This document shows positions 35,749 through 47,700 of a stretch of DNA of 64,000 nt, piece by piece (position 1 is the stretch's first letter; every line of letters begins with the position of its first letter). The stretch is from the NCBI RefSeq assembly GCF_041146345.1, contig NW_027191407.1, positions 372,001 to 436,000 of the forward strand, given 5' to 3'. This stretch comes from Neodothiora populina (lineage: Eukaryota). A program made the translations under genes and the position numbers. The notes beneath the pieces are model-generated. The model had not been told where the DNA came from, made no database searches, and saw only the letters and a list, made by a program, of their open reading frames with translations.

Positions 35749-37485
35749 ATGCCTGGTCTCACCATGTCAGACTCGGCGACAAAGAAACGCAAGGCCACCG
35801 CCGCTCTTCCTTCGACAGTCAAATCGTCCTCGAAACCTGTCAAGCGAGTAAAGGCTACCTCGTCCAAGTCTACCGCCAGACCCAAGGCAAAGAGAAACGC
35901 AGAAGAGAACGAGGAAGAGGAGGAAGAACAAGACCCGCAAGCAAGGGTTTTGCTGTTGGAAACACAGATCCTCGAGTCGAAGAAACACTACAACAACCTG
36001 ACCGCCCTGCTCGATCTCTGCCAAAAGAAATCCACCGATGGATCCAGCGTCATTGCCGCCGTCGCCCTCTGTCGCGTCTTCTGTCGCCTCATCGTCGCCG
36101 AGCGCATGATCAAGCAGCAGGGAATGTCAGATGCTGACCTGGAGGCTGTCGACTGGCTGAAGAGCGTCCTGAAGGAATACGTCGCCGTCCTGGGTCGTTT
36201 CTTCGCTGCTTCAGACGACGCCGCACTGCAGAGCACCAGCCTCACCCTCGCTATGCGACTCGTCAAGCAAGAGACGCAACAAGAAGGAAAGAGAGGCGAA
36301 CAGGCCTGGCGCACTGGAGTCTTCGCTGGTGTTGTGCGTGCGCTGGTCCAACGCGACGAGGCAGAGGGAGCAAGAGCAGAGTTCGTCGAGAAATACATCG
36401 AAGAGCACGACGATGTGCGATACTTTGCCTTTTACCACATTGCAAACATCCTCTCCCGCACCGACTCATCGCAGAAAGAACGACAGACGTTTGTTGCCAA
36501 CAGCCTGTCGCTCCTCGTCCAGATCAACGGCATTCCCAGCTCTGACGACCAGCTCGAGGACTGGTATGGCCAGGAACCTGCCACCGGAAAGAAGCATCTG
36601 CTCCTGAAGCTCTCCGAGCACCGCAAGATCGCACAAGAGGCCTGGCTTTCCGTCTTGCGATCTCCGCTGACCAAGGACCAAAGAAAGACCATTCTCTCGA
36701 GCTTGACCACCCTCATCGTACCCTGGCTCACGAGAATCGAGGTTCTCATGGACTTTCTCACCGACTCGTACAACGCCGGTGGATCTTCGTCTCTGCTCGC
36801 CCTCAGCGGTCTGTTCTATCTCATCACCGAGAAGAACCTGGATTACCCAGCCTTCTATACCAAGCTGTATTCTCTGCTTGACGATAGTCTGCTGCACAGC
36901 AAGCACCGCTCTCGCTTCTTCCGTCTCCTGAACACCTTCATGAGCTCCACTCATCTGCCCGCAAACATGGTGGCTAGCTTCATCAAGCGTCTGTCGAGAC
37001 TGGCACTGCATGCGCCTCCCGGTGCCATCGTCGTGGTTGTCCCATGGGTCTACAACATGCTCAAGAAGCACCCTACATGCACATTTATGATTCACCGCGT
37101 GCCGGAGCAGCATTACCTACCTGCAGCACTTGAGAAGCTGGAAGAAGAAGGCGTGGACGATTCTTTCAACATGTCCGAGTTGGACCCCATGGAGACTGGC
37201 GCCATCGATAGCAGTCTGTGGGAGCTCGAGACGCTCGCCTCTCACTACCACCCCAACGTTGCCACTCTTGCCAGAATCATCCAGGAGCAGTTCACCAAGA
37301 GAAGCTACGAGCTCGAGGATTTCCTCGACCACACCTACGATGCTCTTGTCGAAGGTGAGCTGGACAGAGTGCTCAAGAAGGCACCCGTCGTCGAGTTTGA
37401 GATTCCAAAGCATATCATGACCGACGAGGAAGGAGGACTCAATCACATGGGTGCTTTGTTGCAGAACGCCATCGACGCCAACTAG
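35749..37485 (+). CDS. NOC4: Nucleolar complex protein Noc4 (CBF/Mak21 domain; 40S biogenesis)
   Basis: Intronless ORF with LMDFLTDSY, LDYPAFYTKLY, STHLPANMVASFIKRLSRLAL, SSLWELETLASHYHPNVATLARII and EDFLDHTY. Confidence 0.94.
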   Translation: MPGLTMSDSATKKRKATAALPSTVKSSSKPVKRVKATSSKSTARPKAKRNAEENEEEEEEQDPQARVLLLETQILESKKHYNNLTALLDLCQKKSTDGSSVIAAVALCRVFCRLIVAERMIKQQGMSDADLEAVDWLKSVLKEYVAVLGRFFAASDDAALQSTSLTLAMRLVKQETQQEGKRGEQAWRTGVFAGVVRALVQRDEAEGARAEFVEKYIEEHDDVRYFAFYHIANILSRTDSSQKERQTFVANSLSLLVQINGIPSSDDQLEDWYGQEPATGKKHLLLKLSEHRKIAQEAWLSVLRSPLTKDQRKTILSSLTTLIVPWLTRIEVLMDFLTDSYNAGGSSSLLALSGLFYLITEKNLDYPAFYTKLYSLLDDSLLHSKHRSRFFRLLNTFMSSTHLPANMVASFIKRLSRLALHAPPGAIVVVVPWVYNMLKKHPTCTFMIHRVPEQHYLPAALEKLEEEGVDDSFNMSELDPMETGAIDSSLWELETLASHYHPNVATLARIIQEQFTKRSYELEDFLDHTYDALVEGELDRVLKKAPVVEFEIPKHIMTDEEGGLNHMGALLQNAIDAN

Positions 37486-38085
37486 AAAGCATTACTTTTA
37501 ATAGATACCTGTGAATCTCTAGTTGTATTTCTTCTATTCTCTGATTCGACTGAACTGCCGGGATCCGCGTACAATAAGGTACCTGTGCTAGCAACCTTGA
37601 ACTATCTTGCGGGCCGTATGACCGACGTCACCTTGATTGCGAGACAGACAGGGCTTTGGACTTTTTTTCTCGATAGCGGACTTAACGCCCAATCAATCAA
37701 AAGAGTTAAGCTTCCATGCAAGCAGTTCATCGATCGCCCACCGCCCTATAGTACAAGTAATTAGTCGGTCTTTTTTTTTCTTTCTTTCCTTGCTGGTTGG
37801 CCGCATTTCGCGATCGATAAGGAACACCCCAATCAAGCAAGAGACGGAACAGAGCATCCTTGACCGAATGCCTTTTCGATAAGTGCCTCGAATAGCTTGC
37901 TTCTTATTATTTGCGCCTTTTTCGCTACTGTCTCTTGCTTGCGGCAAAATTGTCTCTTTTCCTTAGCTATACCAGCGGAACTTGATCACTTTTTGACAGC
38001 TCGACGAACTATCTGACGTCGACTTTTTGGGCTCACACTTTTTCCATTTTTTCTATACCTGTGTGAGCTTTTTTACCCTTTGCGC

Positions 38086-39888
38086 ATGGCAGCCCCACAT
38101 CAGCAGCACGCGACAGCCTTCCCCGACGACTCGGAGGCAGCCAATGCGCGCCGACTCAATCATGATCAACAGCAAGCAGACGTAGACGACCTGCCGGGCA
38201 CGATCCGCATCTTCAGCGAATACGACGTTGACGAGAACGGAAACAAGAGTCTGATCCTGAACCCGACGCCGACAGACTCGCCCAACGACCCTCTGAACTG
38301 GTCTCTGGTGCGCAAGACATGGTCGGCCAGTCTTGTGTTGTTCATCACCGCTCTGACGGCTGCCACTTCCAACAGCGCTGGCGCTGCTGGCACCGTGCTT
38401 GTCGATGACTATGGCATCGGCTGGGGAGTGCAGAACACTGCTGCTGGAGTCTTGTTTATTGGAATCGGATATTGCACTCTATTGCTCTCTTCGGCGCCGT
38501 GGCTCTATGGGCGCAGGATTTCCTATCTGATCTGTCTCTGTTTCAGTATCGTGGGCGCGGCATGGTTTGCTTCTACGCAGAACAAGACAGACACTATCTT
38601 GTGTCAGCTGTTCGTTGGTGCATCCGAATCCGTGGCCGAGGCGACTGTGCAGTTGAGTCTGATGGACTTGTTCTTCCAGCACCAGAGAGGTAGCGTGTTG
38701 GGTATCTATGTGTTGGCCACATCCGTGGGAACATTTCTGGGCCCTTTGATCAGTGGATACATCGCCGACAGCGCGCTTGGATGGCGATGGATGGGCTGGT
38801 TCGCAGTCATCATCTCTGGCGTGACACTGCTTGTCTTCGCTCTCGGACTCGAAGAGACGGCCTTTGAACGCGACATCTATCTAGGCATTTCGACTTCCCA
38901 CCAGGGTTCAAGAGAAGAGATCGGAGCATCCAACACGGCGCCCAAGGTCATACATCCTACCGACAAAGGAGCCGAGCATTTGGGCAGTGTCGCCGGCTCT
39001 GAAAAGACATTTGACCATGCGACCCTAGCACCCACAGCTGCCGAGTCGCAGAGCACCCACAATCCCAAGCACACGAACAACATGGTGTCCAATGGCACCG
39101 ATATGACAAAGAAATCCTACCTCAAGCGCGTCGCACTCATCACACCATCACCGTCACTCCGAGGGCTGGGAGTGAAGCAATACATCATGCGCACCATCCA
39201 CACCGTCAGACTGTTCTGGTTCCCAGCGCTCATCTATTCGGGCCTTCAATGGGGAGCCCAGGACGCTTGGCTCTCCTTCTATCTCACGGTAGAAGATGAC
39301 AACTGGACCTCGGCACCCTACAACTACGGCGACGCAGCAGACGCCATCATGCTTGTCCCGACTCTGATCGGATCAGTCATCGGCTGCGTCTACGGCGGTT
39401 GGTTCTCAGACGTGTTTGTGCGATGGTGCGCGCGCCGCAACGGTGGCGTCAGCGAGGCCGAGCACAGGCTGTGGCTCATGTTTCCTCCCGGCATCCTGTC
39501 GCCCATCGGTCTGTTCCTGTTCGGCATCGGCACCGACCGCGTGTGGGCGTGGGGAGCACCGTACGTGGGTCTCGGATTCATCGGGTTCGGATGGGGTTGC
39601 GCAGGCGACTTGTCAATGGCGTATCTCATGGACGCGTATCCTGACGCTGTGCTCGAGGGTATGGTCGGCGTGTCGGTCATCAACAACTCGCTCGCGTGCA
39701 TCTTCACTTTTGTATGCTCCATTTGGCTCGACGATCACTCGGTCACGCAGGTCTTTGTCACTCTGGGTATATTGAGTTTTGTGTTTATGGTCTTGTTTAC
39801 TATTCCCATGATGTGGTTTGGGAAGGACTGCAGACGCTGGACCAGGGATGCTTACAGGGCATATCTGATCCGCAGAGCTGATCAGTGA
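38086..39888 (+). CDS. HOL1: HOL1-type MFS transporter (DHA1; polyamine/histidinol uptake)
   Basis: PGT..., SPNDPLNWS, FITALTAATSN, LYGRRISY, QLFVGASESVAEATVQLSLMDLFFQHQ, SGLQWGAQDAWL and GFGWGCAGDLSMAYLMDAYP closely follow yeast Hol1 as I recall it. Confidence 0.88.
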   Translation: MAAPHQQHATAFPDDSEAANARRLNHDQQQADVDDLPGTIRIFSEYDVDENGNKSLILNPTPTDSPNDPLNWSLVRKTWSASLVLFITALTAATSNSAGAAGTVLVDDYGIGWGVQNTAAGVLFIGIGYCTLLLSSAPWLYGRRISYLICLCFSIVGAAWFASTQNKTDTILCQLFVGASESVAEATVQLSLMDLFFQHQRGSVLGIYVLATSVGTFLGPLISGYIADSALGWRWMGWFAVIISGVTLLVFALGLEETAFERDIYLGISTSHQGSREEIGASNTAPKVIHPTDKGAEHLGSVAGSEKTFDHATLAPTAAESQSTHNPKHTNNMVSNGTDMTKKSYLKRVALITPSPSLRGLGVKQYIMRTIHTVRLFWFPALIYSGLQWGAQDAWLSFYLTVEDDNWTSAPYNYGDAADAIMLVPTLIGSVIGCVYGGWFSDVFVRWCARRNGGVSEAEHRLWLMFPPGILSPIGLFLFGIGTDRVWAWGAPYVGLGFIGFGWGCAGDLSMAYLMDAYPDAVLEGMVGVSVINNSLACIFTFVCSIWLDDHSVTQVFVTLGILSFVFMVLFTIPMMWFGKDCRRWTRDAYRAYLIRRADQ

Positions 39889-40456
39889 TTTCCCCCCTCT
39901 TTTCGTTTCCTTCTGCCTGAAAGACGGGTTTGGTGTATATAGTGAATCACGCAGTAACGGACTTATATGATGAATTTGAGAAAAGCATATTATGTACTGT
40001 TGCTGTACATGACATGCTCTCAGTGGAAGCAAATGTCCTTCTTCAAGCCATGGATCTCCAAGTGCAGTGCTTCTCTGGTGATAGACATCAACAGTTCACG
40101 AGTAAAGGAAAGATGCGACGACAAGACCTTGTATGAAGGAGGAGGAGGAAAGTCGACGATGTTACATATATGAGGTATGTTCTACCTAATATGGTATACA
40201 GCAGATGATCAACAGCTCCGAGACTAGAACGTGTGGGGAAATCTGTCTCTCTGCCTAATCAGTCTATCGCGGTATTGTATCAAAACAGTATCCATCTACT
40301 ATTGTCTATCAAAACAATTCCAAGCAATCTCTCCTGTCACGTCGTTTCGCGTACTTTTCTTCTGCAGCCTCTTTCGAGCGTTGATAATCGCAATACCACG
40401 CGCGCCGGATCGTCTTACTTTTGTGCCTTGAACTACACACTGCACACTTTAATTGA

Positions 40457-40459
<3 letters not shown>

Positions 40460-40487
<28 letters not shown>
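40460..40487. repeat. (GA)n microsatellite
   Basis: About 13 GA units just upstream of TRS23. Confidence 0.9.
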
Positions 40488-40536
40488 CAATAGCAACCAC
40501 GACATCTAACTCAAGACCGTCTGAGCGACAACAGCC

Positions 40537-41029
40537 ATGTAAGCTGCCCTGCCCCGCCACTCCATAAAAACAACCTACTGACAAGAAACGCAGGGTCGTC
40601 TTCTCCCTCCTGATAATCAACAAAGCGGGCGGACTAATCTACAACCGCACCTTCAACCCCGGTCTCCAACCAATCTCCTCAAACGACCTCCTGATCCTAG
40701 CAGGCACCTTCCACGGCATCCACGCGATATCACGCAGCCTGAACCCCACGACCCTGCCGCCCTCTCCGCCAGGCCACCGCGCGCCCACCGCCACGGGCAT
40801 CCAGAGTCTCGAAACATCGCATTTTAGGCTCACGTGCTTCCAGACTGCTACGGGCGTCAAGTTTCTGTTGTTTACCAGCCCCGAGCAGCCGAATACGGAG
40901 AGTATTGTGGGCAGGTGCGTCGAGATCTTTGCGGAGTTTGTGCTTGGGTGTCCGTTCTATGCGCTGGAAATGCCGGTTAGGGTCGAGAAGTTTGAGAGGG
41001 CGCTGGGGGCGTATCTGGTCAGGCCTTGA
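40537..41029 (+). CDS. TRS23: TRAPP complex subunit Trs23 (sybindin family); exons 40537-40538 (AT) and 40594-41029
   Basis: Spliced product MVVFSLLIINKAGGLIYNRTF...SSNDLLILAGTFHGIHAISRSL...TCFQTATGVKFLLFT...PFYALEMPVR...*. It is absent from the ORF track because the ATG is split by an intron. Confidence 0.92.
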
Positions 41030-44000
41030 TCTTGAGGTTTCTTCGTCTTTGCTGTCTGTGCTGGAGATTGGGGATACGGGAGCTGAATAAAAGGGATCAC
41101 GAGAGAAGAGACGGAGAAGAGATATATGGAGAGAGCGTGGGCGAGGAGAAGGCCAGGAAAAGGCATGAAGAGAGGAGAGAGAGCATGTGTCTATCGTTCT
41201 GCATACGGAGGTCAAGCACCGTGTACATGGAGGACGTGTCATCCCTGGTCTCCCTCCCCTATCCGCACCCTCCTGCTCTTCTCATTAAAGCTCTCCCCGT
41301 CAATCTGCCCCAACACGATCCGCCCGAGCGAGAGGCGCGAACAACCCACTGTCACCACCACAACCAACATGCGATTCCTATTCCGACCACCCAACAAGCG
41401 AGACGAAGCGACCGCAAACGAGAGCGGCGCGCGCGAGATCAACATCTCCGCTCGTTGGGACCGAAGGGAAGAACAATACAAGAAGAGCATGAGACGAAAG
41501 GACGGATTCACTGCACGCGCGATATACCCGTTTCTACGGCATAGAAAGAGCAGACCAAGTAGACTGCGGCGCAAGAGAAAAACTCGGAATCAGACCGTCC
41601 GCCGCTATGTCTGAGGAGCTTCCGTTGGGTTATATGCGAAAGAATCAGGTCGCGCCTGCAGAGGACAGAGGAGTATCGAGAAATTGACCACTGGGTGGCA
41701 GATACAAGGAGAATTGGGTCATGCATGCAATACTTCAGACAGACGGACTTGACGACTCCTCATTCCTGCCTGTACACGGCGAGGAAGCCGAGAAAGAAAT
41801 GCACTCTGTTGCGGACATACACAAGCACATGAATTACTGGAAACGTCCATATCTGGTTGGTCGGCTAGAGGTCATTGCCATCGAATCCATGCACCATCTG
41901 CCGCCTTTGCGCAGTATTCAGTCTTCTCTCGTCCACAATAACATTCAACCGGCATCACAGATGGCAGAAGTACAGCACACGCTGCGCCCAGGAGGCAAGT
42001 CGTCTCATGTCGAGATCACCTGCATCTTCTTGTCGACGCTTCAAGTTTTCCATCTCTTCATGACTTATCAGACGACAGTAGCAAAACGGACCCCGAGACG
42101 AGACACGTCATAAGGTTCACAAGAACGGTAGAGCAACTTGTGGTACGGTTCCACGTTCTGACTACCATGGCTTCTCCTGGCATTGGCTTTTTACCTGCCC
42201 TTGCGACGTTCGTAGCATGTCTACGAGCTCACAATAACCTTGTATCTATGTCTAAATTGGCCAAAAGCAAAAACCCAGCCATGGAGTATATTGACAAGGT
42301 TTCTCGTTTATCTTTGCTTCAGGGCACGAAATGTCAAAAGAGACTGTAGTGGTATAGATGTTCCTAGATGATGACGTCCTCGTCGTCTTGAGCCCCAGCC
42401 TTCCCTTGTTCTCAATCGAAGAAACTATAGCAAAGCAAGAAAGCGAAAGAGTGGTTATGGACGTGGCAAGAACCCGAATACAGAATTCAAGCTTTATCAG
42501 TTTGACAACGGTTCTGATATCACAGCAAACCTCTGGCAGAACAGGAAGGTCTCCGAAATGTCTATAGGCGAAGGCCACACAGGTCACAGGAGCATGAGTT
42601 CAGGGCCACGTTCGTTGATGCCTCTTGATGTCCCACTCGTCGTGGCTACCAGTAGTCCGCCGGGCCGAGTGGCGACCCTTATAACTCTAGTGATGGCTTG
42701 CTTGCTACAGAGACGACAACATGCCTCGGATGGGTGCAGCTACCAGATGGATTCATGGTTGGTTGGTCTGATCTCGCGACTTAATGTGTATGCATCATAT
42801 CTTCCTTGTGCTCGTGCTGCTACAGTACATGATTAGCTACATACACTACACATATGCGCGCTGCTGCTGCTGCTACTGCTGCTACCGCTGCAGAAACCCA
42901 GATCCAAGTCTCCACAAATCTGCATCGATCTCGCGGGCGCAAAACAGCCAACAAGGAAGAAACACGATCAACGGTTCGATGCACGCACTCGCACGTTCTG
43001 CCCAGTGGTAACGAACGCAATCCTCGATCCTGCTACTAGAGTCTCACGTTCCTTCAAGTAGTGAACACAGTTCGGCGCAACAAATGACGAAATGCCACAT
43101 GTGAAGTCACTCAAGAAGGGCGAGCAACCTTCTCGCGTGAATGTTTCGTCCTAGAGACCAAGACACGGACTTCGCTTTCGATCCTGTAAAACCGTCAAAA
43201 CGTGTGCGGGCACGGGAAGGTACGACATAACGTCGACCAGGACGGAGTTTTTCGATGCCCATGCGTAGAGGCTCAAGCCTACCTAGGATACGATACAATA
43301 CTCTTAAACCTTATCTCTCGCCCGCCGCGTGTGAGATGGTACAGGTACTGCACTGTACTGTACTGTACATTCTTGCGATCTTGAGGCGGCTGAAGTACCT
43401 TTCGTTTCATCGGGAGTTCTTGGTATACAGTACAGAGATACATACGGAATGCACAATGAACTGTATACCCGACAGCCATTTCTTCCTACCTGACTACCCA
43501 TATCACCTTATCTCAGTAGATACTACGTAAGACCTTTCTGTTCGAACAGTAGTGAAACAATCATTGACAAACTGAATCATGCATCTCCGAGATCCCCGAA
43601 TTAGGACCCTAACATCTATACCTTACCTACTGCAGTACGGCGCCGCCGCCATCGCCGCCCCTAGGTGATCGGCTGCGTAGGTCTGAAACATCACGGTGCT
43701 TGTACAGTACATACTTTGTCAGATCTAGCATGCTGCGGGCGGGTGAGCGGGACCACCGCCAAGTGCACATACTTATGGGCTATGTATGCAGTTCTGCGGT
43801 GTCTTTCAGGACAAATTTTGGGCAAGGTAGTCCAGTCAAGGGTTGCATACCTGTTCTGTATAGTATACTGTACAAGCCGTACTGGTACCTGAATTGTTAC
43901 CACTCGCATGCTCGTGAGCGGCGGCAGGCCTCTCGTCTATCTTGCCTTGGTCTTATACATGCGACCTTCTCTTCTCGTGGTTGTGGCGCACGATACGGTG

Positions 44001-44750
44001 GTTGTGGCGTTCACCTCGTGGAACTTTACACTTTGTTATGTACAGTCCAGCAATAGTAGTGGAAACGAACGCCAAAAGTATTATAAAGCCTCGTTTATAT
44101 GACAGGTCTGGTCCCCGATTGATGTCTGGTTCCCGGTTGATGCTAATTCAATACCATAGTTGAGCAGGAGCAGCAGCAGCAGCAGCAGTACGTTGATGCA
44201 AAATGAGATGGGAACGGGGAGATTGATGCATTGGTGGTGGCTTGAGATACTCACCACTGGTGTATATTGAGCAGTAATTACCTCACGCTGTGTGCTGTCC
44301 GCCATACTGTGCCTTACCACATGCGCGCACATGGGATATGACTCTTTAGCGAGATCCATCCGCTGTTATCGTGATACTACTACTACTACTGGGATATGGT
44401 TGGATATAGACTCGTCGGTAGCACAGCACGGCTCTTCAACGCGACCACGACAGGAACAGCGATGCTCTCTTCAGGGCGATACAGATGCCGAAGTTCTCAT
44501 CCACGACCAGACAAGACCAGACGGCGATCACGAAGGCCCCGAACATACATACAGGTCTGAGCTGAACCATGAGCACAGTACAGCAGAACACAGCAAAGCA
44601 AAACGCACGGAACAATTGAAGCAAAAAGCAGAGGCGAAAGGCGCAAAGACGGTCGCTATGTAGAGAGAAAATGACGAGTCGGTTTTTTTGCTGCTCCACC
44701 TCATCTCCCAGTGAAATAGCGGCGGCTCCTGCATAGCTGCTTCACAAAGT

Positions 44751-44753
44751 ACC

Positions 44754-44792
<39 letters not shown>
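44751..44792. repeat. (CTA/CCA)n trinucleotide microsatellite
   Basis: accactactaccaccaccactactactactactactactact. Confidence 0.85.
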
Positions 44793-47700
44793 GACAACAC
44801 CACTCCTACTTCGCTACAGTAGGTAGCTGAAGCGAAGCATCAATGACAGGCTGACGGATAATTGGGGGCGAAAAAGGTCGACGGGGACGGGGACGGGAAC
44901 GGGAAGGATTCCATTTCACGTGCTGTTTAGTGTGTACCTAGGTGTACTTTTACCCACGTACCTACATGTTCTCCATGTACAAGTAAGGTAAGGTATTGTA
45001 CAACATGTACACGTAATATCCGCTAGTCAGATTCAAGAAAGAGGGACTCTCAAGACCAAGAAGGCAAACCTCCATCATCCGCCTAGGCCAGTAGCGAGCT
45101 AGCTAAAGTAGCCACGCCCGCGTGCTCGATTGACTCGACAATCCGGCTTCCTTCGCCACGTTGTCCGTGAGTTTTCTCTTTCCGTCCGATGTTCCTCGGG
45201 TACACTTTACCCGTCTGTGAATGTACGAATGATCATCTCGCTGTTTTGGCAAGTGATAGGCATCACCTCAGGGTGGGGCGTTGACGGCGTCGACGACGAC
45301 GGCGGCGGCGGGCATGGAGGGCAGAAGCCAAGTTGTCAGAAAGCGGAATCTTGATCGAGTCGCGTGTGTGGCTGCCAGCTAGAGTAGGGGGAAAAAGAGA
45401 TGGTTATCGTCCTGTAGATCTTTTGCCTTGTCTGGACTTTCTCTCTCGTGTCGATTCTGGGAGGGTCAGAAGGTGTGACCAGATACAATATCCGTGATGT
45501 GGATTAGTTTGCGGTCGGTGGGTTTCGTCTGGCCATCGATGGTCTGAAAGGACGGGTCTTGATGGAGCGATCACGGGATCGCATATCGCACATGTTGCAT
45601 GTTTTGGCTATTGCATATGTGCATACGGTATATGTATATGCACGTTCTACCGTCTATCTATTCATATGCAAAGATCACCCGTCATGTGGGTTCTGGAGAA
45701 CAGAAGAAGTGTTTGTTGATCAATCGACGCGGTTTTCGTTCGCCAACAACACACCCTCACACCCAAGGAACACACTTGATCTGCCTTCTACTTGTAGTGG
45801 TAGCAACATTAGAAGGAAAGTCAAATGGTAGCAAGATTCCCGACAACACGGATCGTCGCGCCGAGACATCCAGGCAAGAAAGGGTGTGTCACACGCAACA
45901 CCTTCTCGCTCCATCAACAACGTGCCTGCGTGCAAAGTCCCCAATCGTCGGAGATTATTCGAACATAAAAAAAGAGCGTGAGTGAGCTAAACCTGGGAAC
46001 AAGGAAACCGGCCAGAGATGGGACAAGAAGCGGGGAGGGGGGTTGACGCTGCAAGAAGAGATGGTGCGCCGGCCGCACCGCACACGCACGCCTTGATCAC
46101 TGAACACTGAGTCGCACCAACGGTGTCAGGGAAAATGACAAGGGAACAGTCTCGAGGTCACGTATTCTGATCGTCTGTCGACTGTACCTCCCTCCCACGA
46201 CCAAAACACACAGACAGCACTCTTACATTGTACCCCGATGAGATCTTCATGAACGTGCGCTTCGTGTTGTGCTTACAGGCTTACAGCGCAAGGCGTAAAG
46301 TCAAAAACGAAAGCTGTGGCTGCGAATGATTCCCCTCTCTCCTCACTAATCTTCAATGGTCGTGGCCTGCAGCCGCAAGTCCCTCCTTGCTGACTGTCGT
46401 TGACGATGGCGCCCGCGATGCTTGTGCGAAAGCTACAGTAGGTAGTACATATAAAATCAAAGCATACATACATGACGTGCAGCGGCAAAGGTACCTTAAA
46501 AACTCCGCATGTCTCGATTATGCTCCACCCATGTGTGGTGCCTGGCTTTTGACTCCATGACTGTGAGACATTCCCGCTGGCAACCTTTTGGACTACTGTA
46601 CCGTATGCACACTAAAGAACATGGACCTCTCACCTGCGGAGGTAAATCCGCGCAGTTGAGAAACTCGACGACAAACGAAAAGCAGAGGTAGATAGAGAGA
46701 CATTAGCACATTTCGGATATCCCAAGCATGCCTCAACATATACTTTCTACCCAGATGTGAGACAGAGAGACCTGGTCTTCGGTCTTCGTGGCACCACCAC
46801 TACTCCCCCAAGAACCCACTTTGCCAATACGAGTGGCAGTGCATGCTCTCCCGGCAACCAGGCTTGCAACAGTCGTATGGAATCGCGTTGCATCTCATGC
46901 TGTGTCAATGTTGTGTTTTTGTCTCTCATGTGTCTCCGTAGTCAAGATCCTTTTGATTCGAATCAAACCCCGACTCGACACATCGATAAGCCAAGACAAC
47001 ACCTGATTGCGCTTCTCTCGGACCCCTGTGGATATGAGTAAGAATTTGAATGTGTCTTAGCATGGGCATGCTTGGTGCTGTGCCACCTCCGAGGAGCTTG
47101 ACGACAAAACAAAAAGCTCATGTCAAAAGCATGCACGGTAGGTGCAGCCGTCGTTCACTAAAGGTTCCGAGACTGTGTTTCTAACGCCCTCTTACACGGG
47201 CGATGCTGGTATACTCATTTCACGTTCCGTCGCTTTATTTTTCGAGGCAGTGATTGAATGCTGCTACAGATCGTCGTGACCCAAAAATAATCACGAGCAA
47301 ACAAGCCATACAAGTACGACCATTTCCAAATTCCCGTCGGGCAGAAAAGCCCAAAGTCGCCCGCTGGCGTTGCCTCCGTCTGCTTTGCTCGCCTCTAATG
47401 CGATGATCGGTGTGTCGGTGTCTGGTCACGGCTCGCTCCTTCCATCCCCACACTTTGCTTGGTGCGCATGGTTCTGTACGATTACAGCAATGATGAGACA
47501 CAAGCAAGTACGGAAGAAAAGGTAGATCGGCCGCTAAGCCCATAGTCGATGAACTCTGGGCAAGAAAAGCCCTGTAGCCTGCATGACATTCGACTACTAG
47601 CACCGGCGAGATGCAAGTCGTCGATATCTGGGAGCTATACCCGACCTGAGCCAGATGAATTGCTTCCAAATTATCTGGCAAGTCAAATTGACTTTGATGC

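Noticed and set aside
41026..41614. Overlapping Arg-rich ORFs downstream of TRS23
   Set aside because: Low-complexity purine-rich sequence with no domain and mutually overlapping frames.
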